Origin: Thermoanaerobaculia bacterium
GTDB lineage: Bacteria > Acidobacteriota > Thermoanaerobaculia > Multivoradales > Multivoraceae
Length of the DNA stretch: 64,000 nucleotides
NCBI GenBank assembly: GCA_963664405.1
Contig: OY761158.1
Location: forward strand, 3,104,001 to 3,168,000
Direction: 5' to 3'
The notes beneath the pieces are model-generated. The model did not search any database. It worked only from the letters and a program-made list of their open reading frames with translations, and was not told where the DNA came from. The translations under genes and the position numbers were made by a program. Positions 55,937-64,000 of this stretch are shown one piece after another; position 1 is the first letter of the stretch; the number at the start of each line of letters is the position of its first letter.

Positions 55937-56084
55937 AAGCCAGCGTCCAGGGCTCCCTACCTCGGGGGGGCGACGAGCCCCCTCTGGCCGGCGATGAGCG
56001 TTGTCTGCGCCGCAAGCGAGGAGCCCCAGGCAGGAAGAAGCGAGTAGAAGGGCACTGTAGCCGTTCATCCGGTCGATCATGTTT

Positions 56085-57725
56085 CTAGCTCGAATTCCGA
56101 AGAGAATGGTAGTACGCATCGAAGACATCCAGACGGTCCTTCCATAGCTGGTTGACGACTTCGATCTGATCTCCCAGATTGAGCGCGGCGTCGGTGCTCG
56201 TGTCGTAGACCGGCCACTTCGGGAGTCCCTCGCCGTTCGGATCCCCCGTCGTGGCGAAGTGGATCCAGTAGCTCGACATCGTGCGTGCCAGCTCGCGGTC
56301 GGTGTCTTCCCATGGATGGTTGAACGGGCCTATCTGGTCGCGCATCTCGGGCCCCTTGTCGAGGTTGTCGAAGGCGTAGAGAATCTCGGCGGCATGGTAG
56401 GTGCCGTAAGTCTCAGCCTCCTCCCAGGGGGGCACTCGTGAGAAGAAGTACATTCTCACTGGTTTCGATCCGGTCTTGGTCTGCAGGCGGGCCCAGGTTC
56501 TCATCTGCCATGCGAAGAAGCGGTCGGCCATGTTCTCGTAGCCCGCGACTTTGGCCTCGGCGCCGTTCGAAGCCGGATACACATCGCCGAACTCGTCGGC
56601 GAAATCGCCGTAGTTGTCGGCCAGCCACGTTTGGTAGCCGTCCAGATCCGCCGGCACAGCACCGGCGAAGAGTGCCGACCCCTCATCGGCATTGAATCCG
56701 ACGATGGTGTCGACGTCGTTCTGCTCTCCTGCCAAGAAGATGTCGTAGACGTCTTTCGGGAACACCCATCCGTCGGTGGTCGGCCCGAGCTCTCTCCCGG
56801 GCCCGGCGCTCACTGTTGCGGCGTAGATCTCCTCTGGAGTCTTATCGCGAAGGCCCTCAGCGTCGACCGCCCCGAGTTTCACGGCGAGAGCTTCGCCCTG
56901 GGACTCCGACGACCCTTTGCCATCAGTCAGCTTCGGCATCGTCGAGAAGATGCCACCGCTATGCCCGATGGCGCGCTGAAAGAGGCCCGCCGCCAGCGGT
57001 GTTGCGGTCAGGTAGTTCACACTCCACGAACCGGCGGACTCGCCGAAGATAGTGATGCGATTCACATCGCCGCCGAAGTGATGGATGTTCTCGTTCACCC
57101 AGCGCAAGGCCGCGACCTGGTCGAGGATCCCGTAGTTACCCGAAGACGGTGGATCGTTCTCTGCCGAGAGAGCGGGATGTGCAAGGAAGCCCATCGGGCC
57201 GAGCCGGTAGTTGACGGTTACCAGCACCACGCCTCGGAGGGCGAAGCTCTCGCCGTCGTAAGACGGCTTGCTGCCGCTTCCGGTACGCAGGGCCCCACCG
57301 TGAATCCACACCATCACCGGGCGCTTCTCGTCAGAGCTCTCTGCGGCTGTCCAGACGTTGAGATAGAGACAGTCTTCGCTCCTCTCGATCTCGCCGGCCC
57401 CGTAGAAAGAATCGGCGGGGGAGAACGGCTGCCAACAATTGGCCGAGAAGTCGTGCGCTGCCCGTGTGCCCTCCCACGCCGATGCCAGCTGCGGCGGTCG
57501 CCAGCGGAGATCGCCGACGGGCGGGGCTGCGTATGGAATGCCTCGAAAGCTCATCACTCCGGATTCGAGCCGGACGCCGTCGAGCTCTCCACCCGATACC
57601 CGCAATCTCTCGGCGCTACTCGAGGTGGGCGGAGACTCATCGGCCGGGCCCGAGCAGCCGGCTGCGACGACGGCAGCAATCGCGAAACAGAACGTCAAAG
57701 ACCGCGAAGCAGCAGCATTTCTCAT
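56085..57725 (-). CDS. Type B carboxylesterase lipoprotein
   Basis: Lipobox AAGC; GIPYAAPPVGDLRW, SEDCLYLNVW, HGGA, GESAG. Confidence 0.92.
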   Translation of the reverse strand: MRNAAASRSLTFCFAIAAVVAAGCSGPADESPPTSSSAERLRVSGGELDGVRLESGVMSFRGIPYAAPPVGDLRWRPPQLASAWEGTRAAHDFSANCWQPFSPADSFYGAGEIERSEDCLYLNVWTAAESSDEKRPVMVWIHGGALRTGSGSKPSYDGESFALRGVVLVTVNYRLGPMGFLAHPALSAENDPPSSGNYGILDQVAALRWVNENIHHFGGDVNRITIFGESAGSWSVNYLTATPLAAGLFQRAIGHSGGIFSTMPKLTDGKGSSESQGEALAVKLGAVDAEGLRDKTPEEIYAATVSAGPGRELGPTTDGWVFPKDVYDIFLAGEQNDVDTIVGFNADEGSALFAGAVPADLDGYQTWLADNYGDFADEFGDVYPASNGAEAKVAGYENMADRFFAWQMRTWARLQTKTGSKPVRMYFFSRVPPWEEAETYGTYHAAEILYAFDNLDKGPEMRDQIGPFNHPWEDTDRELARTMSSYWIHFATTGDPNGEGLPKWPVYDTSTDAALNLGDQIEVVNQLWKDRLDVFDAYYHSLRNSS

Positions 57726-57775
57726 GAGTCCCTCTACCCTACTCGCTCGCCTTGTCATTCGCCGCAGAAGCAAGG

Positions 57776-57810
57776 AAAGGGGGTCCGGCCTTTCGACCGA
57801 ACCCCCTTTT
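57776..57810 (-). terminator. Stem-loop downstream of the tRNA
   Basis: GGGGGTTCGGTC-GAAA-GGCCGGACCCCC followed by TTT on the minus strand. Confidence 0.6.
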
Positions 57811-57839
57811 ATCCCAAGCGGCTTGCGCCGTTTTCTACT

Positions 57840-57916
<77 letters not shown>

Positions 57917-57962
57917 ACACTCACACTGCCCTGACGGGCAAGAGCGGATCGTTTCATAGCGC

Positions 57963-59549
57963 CTATTGGCTGTCAACGATTTGGGGGCGCGGGAAGTCAC
58001 CGAATCCTTCTTCCAACTGTGCCATGACTGCCAGCACGACATCCTCCCGCCAGGGGTTGGCAGTCACTTGCACCCCGATCGGCAGGCCTTCGGGGGAGGT
58101 GCCGCCGCGCAAGACGCCGGACGGCCAACCGGTCTGGTCGAAGACCACGGTGTAAGAAGCGTCTTCTATCGGAAACGGGCTCTCGCCCGGCTCGGGGTGG
58201 GGCTGCGCCGGATGGGCATTGACGGGCGAGAGCAGGACGTCGTAGTCGGACATGAACTCGAGGGCTCGACGACGCATACCTTCAAAGGCATTCAGATGGT
58301 CGACGATGTCGCTGGTCGCTACCTCCTGGGAGCCCTGCTCGAGTGCCTGCCGGTACCAGTTGTTCGCCCAGTCCTCGGGGCCGGTGCCAGCGGCTGCCAG
58401 TAGTCGGATCACCGCGGCGAGGCCCCCCAATCGCCAGAAGTCGGTGCCGAGCTGCGCGACTTCGGTCATCACCGGCAGCACGTCGGGCCGAACCTCTGCT
58501 CCGGCTTCCCTCATCAGGCTCGCCGCCTCCTCCACCGTGGCGATGGTCGCCGGGTCGGGCGTGACAATGCCGTTGTCGGTCATGACGGCGCAGCGCAGAC
58601 CGCGCACCTCGACCGACTCATCACCTCGAAAGTATGCCGGGGCGATGCGCGAGTCGACCCCGTCGGGGCCGGCGATCAGTGGAAAGAGGAGCGCCAGATC
58701 CTCGACGCGGCGCGCCATGGGCCCGACGTGACTGAGCCGATCGTTGAGAAGGCCCGGCGGCAGGCAGATGCCGGTTCGCGGAACGCTGCCGGAGGTTGGC
58801 TTCAGGCCGACGGTGCCGCAGCAGTGAGAGGGAACTCGAACACTGCCGCCGAGGTCGGTGCCGATGTCGAAGGCGGTGCCGCCGGCGGCAAGCAGGGCCG
58901 CCGCGCCCCCGCTCGATCCTCCAGGAGAACGAGTGATGTCCCATGGGTTGTTGGTAAAGCCGTGGACCCGGTTCCAGGTCTCGAAGGACAAGGTGAATTC
59001 GGGAGTGTTGGTCTTGCCGAGCAGAATCGCGCCGGCCTCGCGCAGCCGCGCGACCACGGTGGCGTCGGTGCTCGGCACGAAGTCCTTGCGGCCGAGGGTG
59101 CCCCAGGTGGAGACGACTCCCTCGGTGTCGAAGCAATCTTTGATCGTCATCGGCACGCCGTGGAGAGGTCCTCGGCTGTGGCCTCGCGCAAGCTCGCGAT
59201 CGGCCTGCCTGGCTTGCTCGAGAGCGTCGTCGGCAAGAGCGACCACAGCTCGAATCGTCGGATTCACTTCCTCGATGCGCTCGAGATAAAGGCGCACCAG
59301 GTCTTCGCTCGAGATCGCGCCGGCTCGTATTCTGCGAACCGAGGCTGCCGCCGAGCTGTAGACGAGCTCCATCTCATCCGGGAGCGCCTCTGCTCCGCCA
59401 TCGCTCACCGGCACTTCTCCGGCTTCCTGAGCCTCCCCGCAGCCAGTGGTGACGATAGGTAGAGCGGTCGCCACCGAAGCCACCGCGACGGCCAATACCT
59501 CGCGCCGTGAGACACCGGACCCATCGTCTCTGCTCTGTGAATCGTCCAT
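57963..59549 (-). CDS. Amidase signature family protein with a Tat/lipoprotein signal
   Basis: SRREVL..TTGC; GPLHGVPMTIKD, GGSSGG, GTDLGGSVRVP. Confidence 0.9.
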   Translation of the reverse strand: MDDSQSRDDGSGVSRREVLAVAVASVATALPIVTTGCGEAQEAGEVPVSDGGAEALPDEMELVYSSAAASVRRIRAGAISSEDLVRLYLERIEEVNPTIRAVVALADDALEQARQADRELARGHSRGPLHGVPMTIKDCFDTEGVVSTWGTLGRKDFVPSTDATVVARLREAGAILLGKTNTPEFTLSFETWNRVHGFTNNPWDITRSPGGSSGGAAALLAAGGTAFDIGTDLGGSVRVPSHCCGTVGLKPTSGSVPRTGICLPPGLLNDRLSHVGPMARRVEDLALLFPLIAGPDGVDSRIAPAYFRGDESVEVRGLRCAVMTDNGIVTPDPATIATVEEAASLMREAGAEVRPDVLPVMTEVAQLGTDFWRLGGLAAVIRLLAAAGTGPEDWANNWYRQALEQGSQEVATSDIVDHLNAFEGMRRRALEFMSDYDVLLSPVNAHPAQPHPEPGESPFPIEDASYTVVFDQTGWPSGVLRGGTSPEGLPIGVQVTANPWREDVVLAVMAQLEEGFGDFPRPQIVDSQ

Positions 59550-59689
59550 CCTCCGACCCTCCCCATGGCGCTCCGCACTCACTACTCGCGGCCGGCTATA
59601 CGAGGCGGAGTGAGCCTATCTATTTGCTGTATTTGACTAGTGTAGCTTGAGTGGAGTTTCGTGTTAGCGATATCGTTGAGCGCGCATAG

Positions 59690-61283
<1,594 letters not shown>

Positions 61284-61293
<10 letters not shown>

Positions 61294-62699
61294 TCGTCGC
61301 TCTTCTTGGCTGCCTTGGCTCGGTCGCTGCGGGCCAGCGTCACCTTGAGGGCCGGTGGGGTTATGAGCGTGGTCACCATGACCATGATGACTACAGCCGA
61401 GAAGACCGAGATGTCGATGACCGGCTCTCCGCGGAGGATCAGCGACGCACCGATGCCGGCGAAGATGAGGCCGACTTCACCTCGCGGAACCATCCCCACT
61501 GCGATCGAGATCCGGTCGAGGCCACGCTCGAGGACGCCGAGGGCGCAGATCATCTTGCCGAGGATGGCGACCACGGAGAGCATGGCGGCAAAGCCGAGCA
61601 CTTCGAGGCGTCCGAGGCTGGAAAGGTCGACCTTCATGCCGGTGAGAACGAAGAACACGGGTACGAGAAAGAGGGTAATGGGGTGGAGCAGCTCCTCGAG
61701 CTGGTGCTCGCCTCTCTCGGTGAACTTCTCGTAGTGGACTCGCTCCAGGATGAGCCCGGCGGAAAAGGCGCCGACGATGGGCTCCAAATCGAGCACCTTG
61801 GCGAGATACGCGAGCCCAAAACAGAAGGCCAGGGAGAGTGCCAGAAGAGTTCCGGTGATACGCATTCGGAAGGCGAGGCGGAAGAGGCGAGGGGATAGCC
61901 ATCCGCCGAGGGTCAACGCGCCCGCCAGGAAGGCCACCGCTTTGAAGATGATGATGGCGACGGCGGTGAGCTTGAGAGCTTCGCCGGTGTTGGCTGCGGT
62001 GATGATCCCGGAAACGACCGCGAGAATGATGAGACCCAGTACGTCGTCGATGACGGCGGCGCCGAGAATTACCTTTGACTCACGAGCGGAGATCTTTCCC
62101 AGATCGGTGAGCACTCGGGCGGTGATGCCGACGCTGGTGGCGCAAAGGGTCGCGCCGACGAAGACGTGAACCAGAGTGTCGTAGTCAGGAAGCATCCATC
62201 GGGATACGCCCCAGCCGAGAAAGAAGGGGGCAACCACTCCCAGGGCGGCCACCAGCAAGCTGGAGGGCCCGACCGACATCATCTCTTTGACGCTCGAGTC
62301 CAGGCCTACTTCGAAGAGCAGAAGGATTACGCCGAGCTCCGCCAGGATGGCAACGCCTTGATTGGCCGTTATGAAGTCGAGTCCGCCGAACCCCAACAAT
62401 GCCAGGTTGCCGAGGAGAACGCCGGCCAGGAGCTCGCCGAGCACCGACGGTTGGTGCACTCTCTCCAGCAGTTCGCCACCGATCTTTGCCGCCGCCAGGA
62501 TGATCACCAGGGCGAGTAGAACCGGAACCACGTGGTTCTCGTGGCCGCCTCCGTGGTCTTCCTCGGCATGCTCACTCTCCGCCGCGGTCGCTTCACCAGC
62601 CGCATTCTCCTGGGCCGAAATCGGCTGGAAGGGCTCGCCGAGTGAGAGGAAGGTCAGGATGCCTAGAGCCAGGCATAGGTAGAGAGTGCGTCGGCGCAT
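61284..62699 (-). CDS. CPA2 cation:proton antiporter
   Basis: QPSVLGELLAG, ATSVGIT, GAAVIDDVLG, GMVPRGEVGL. Confidence 0.9.
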
Positions 62700-62788
62700 A
62701 AAAACGGCTCCTGTCTGGGTGAGTCGAGGCCGCGATATCCTAACGCACCGGGTTCCCCACCTCCCTCTTCTCCTAGGTTCCAATAGAA

Positions 62789-64000
62789 ATGCAGACTCTG
62801 ACAGCGATCGAGAGCAGACTGCGGGCGTGCGAGCCCTACCGCCGTCTGGTCGCTGGTGAGGCTGAGCTGACCGGCCTTCCGACAGCGGCTGCCGCGTGGG
62901 TCATGGAAACGGCCGCTCGGGATCTCGATCGCCCTCAGGTGGTGGTCGTGCCCAGGGAGGCGGAGGCAAAGGAGTGGGTCGCGGCGGCGGAGAGCTTGGG
63001 GGCCAATGGGTCGGTCGTCTGGTTCCCGGCCCCTTCCTTGACTCCCTATCAAGAAGTCGAGGCGCCGCTGTCGGTGCGGGCGCAAGAAGTGGCTGCGTTG
63101 GACCGGATCTTATGCGGCGATCGGCCGACAGTAGTCTGCACGCCGCGAGCGTTGTTCAGGCGGCTGCCGCCCGCTCAGGCATTTCGAGAGGCGGTCCTGG
63201 TGGTTGCCCGCGAAGACGAGCATCCGGTGGAGAGCCTGGTCGACCATCTGGTGCGCTACGGGTACCACCGCACCGATCTGGTCACCGAGGTTGGAGAGTT
63301 CGCCGTTCGTGGAGGCGTTTTCGATCTCTTTCCGCCGGGCCGTGAAGAACCGGTTCGTCTCGACCTCTTTGGCGACACGATCGATTCCATTCGCCTCTTC
63401 GATCCGCGGTCTCAGCGCAGCAGCGGGCGAGTGGACAGTGTCTCGATCCTTCCACTGGACATCTATCCTCGAGGCCCCGAGGATGCGGCGCGTCTGGGTC
63501 GCGTACTCCGCGAGGCAGGCCTGGGTGGTGGACTCGAAGCGGGTCGGCGCCTGGCAGAGCTCGAGGACGGCAGGCTCTTCCCTGGTTGGGAAAATCTTCT
63601 GCCCATGCTTTGGCCCGACGCAGTCTCGCTGTGCGATTGCGTCGACAACCCTCTGCTCGTCGCGGTGGATCCGGAGACCTTGGGGAGAGAGGTGGAGCAC
63701 TACGCGGAGTTGTTGTCGAGTCAATACCTCTTGCGCGGAGATGAAGGCGCGCTGGCCGCGGCGCCTGAAGAGCTTGGTTTCGATGCCCCCGATGTTCTGC
63801 GCCGGCTGGCTGCCGCCGACATCGTTATCGAGTCTTTCCCGGAGCGCCCCGGAGAGGTAGCAGACTTCGGCGGCAGCGCCACCGATCGTTTCCATCAGCA
63901 ACTCCCCAGGTTCCCGCGAGAGGTCGAGACGGCCAAGGCGCGAGGTGAAACTTTGGTATTGGTGGCGCCTGAGGAGAACCATGAGCGCGTCCGCGAAGCA
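62789..64000 (+). CDS. mfd: Transcription-repair coupling factor, 5' part (absent from the ORF track because it runs off the window)
   Basis: My translation from ATG 62789 gives ...LVRYGYHRTDLVTEVGEFAVRGGVFDLFP..PVRLDLFGDTIDSIRLFDPRSQRS (UvrB-homology module). Confidence 0.88.
   Translation, partial: MQTLTAIESRLRACEPYRRLVAGEAELTGLPTAAAAWVMETAARDLDRPQVVVVPREAEAKEWVAAAESLGANGSVVWFPAPSLTPYQEVEAPLSVRAQEVAALDRILCGDRPTVVCTPRALFRRLPPAQAFREAVLVVAREDEHPVESLVDHLVRYGYHRTDLVTEVGEFAVRGGVFDLFPPGREEPVRLDLFGDTIDSIRLFDPRSQRSSGRVDSVSILPLDIYPRGPEDAARLGRVLREAGLGGGLEAGRRLAELEDGRLFPGWENLLPMLWPDAVSLCDCVDNPLLVAVDPETLGREVEHYAELLSSQYLLRGDEGALAAAPEELGFDAPDVLRRLAAADIVIESFPERPGEVADFGGSATDRFHQQLPRFPREVETAKARGETLVLVAPEENHERVREA

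Overview
GC-rich bacterial chromosome segment, probably Acidobacteriota. That is an inference from an acidobacterial-type VWA protein, an ADOP permease remnant, a multiheme-TPR/CRTAC1 pair and many sulfatases, Tat substrates and lipoproteins. About 45 CDSs: a secreted sugar oxidoreductase cluster (apbE, Gfo/Idh/MocA x2, DUF1080), two paralogous propeller+PHP metallohydrolases, two sulfatases, flavin/ThDP enzymes, a type II TA pair coupled to a pabB-pabC fusion, polB, eno, ftsB-like, the 5' part of mfd and an initiator tRNA-Met. Highlights the ORF track misses: (1) an iodothyronine-deiodinase-like selenoprotein split by an in-frame UGA, followed by a bacterial SECIS-like hairpin; (2) a dispersed two-hairpin repeat (4 copies) with a covarying 9-bp stem plus a constant GCGCCG-AGGA-CGGCGC palindrome, two copies of which bracket polB; (3) two inverted ~177-bp MITE copies bracketing a sulfatase; (4) 7-mer and 8-mer tandem/inverted repeat blocks bracketing the second sulfatase; (5) an ISAzo13-family IS (TAA duplication, -1 frameshift) inserted at codon 8 of a PP2C sensor gene that seems to supply a replacement start; (6) all seven repeat loci overlap or supply a stop codon; (7) several 5' gene stubs. 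All family calls come from motif recognition by eye; no database searches were run.
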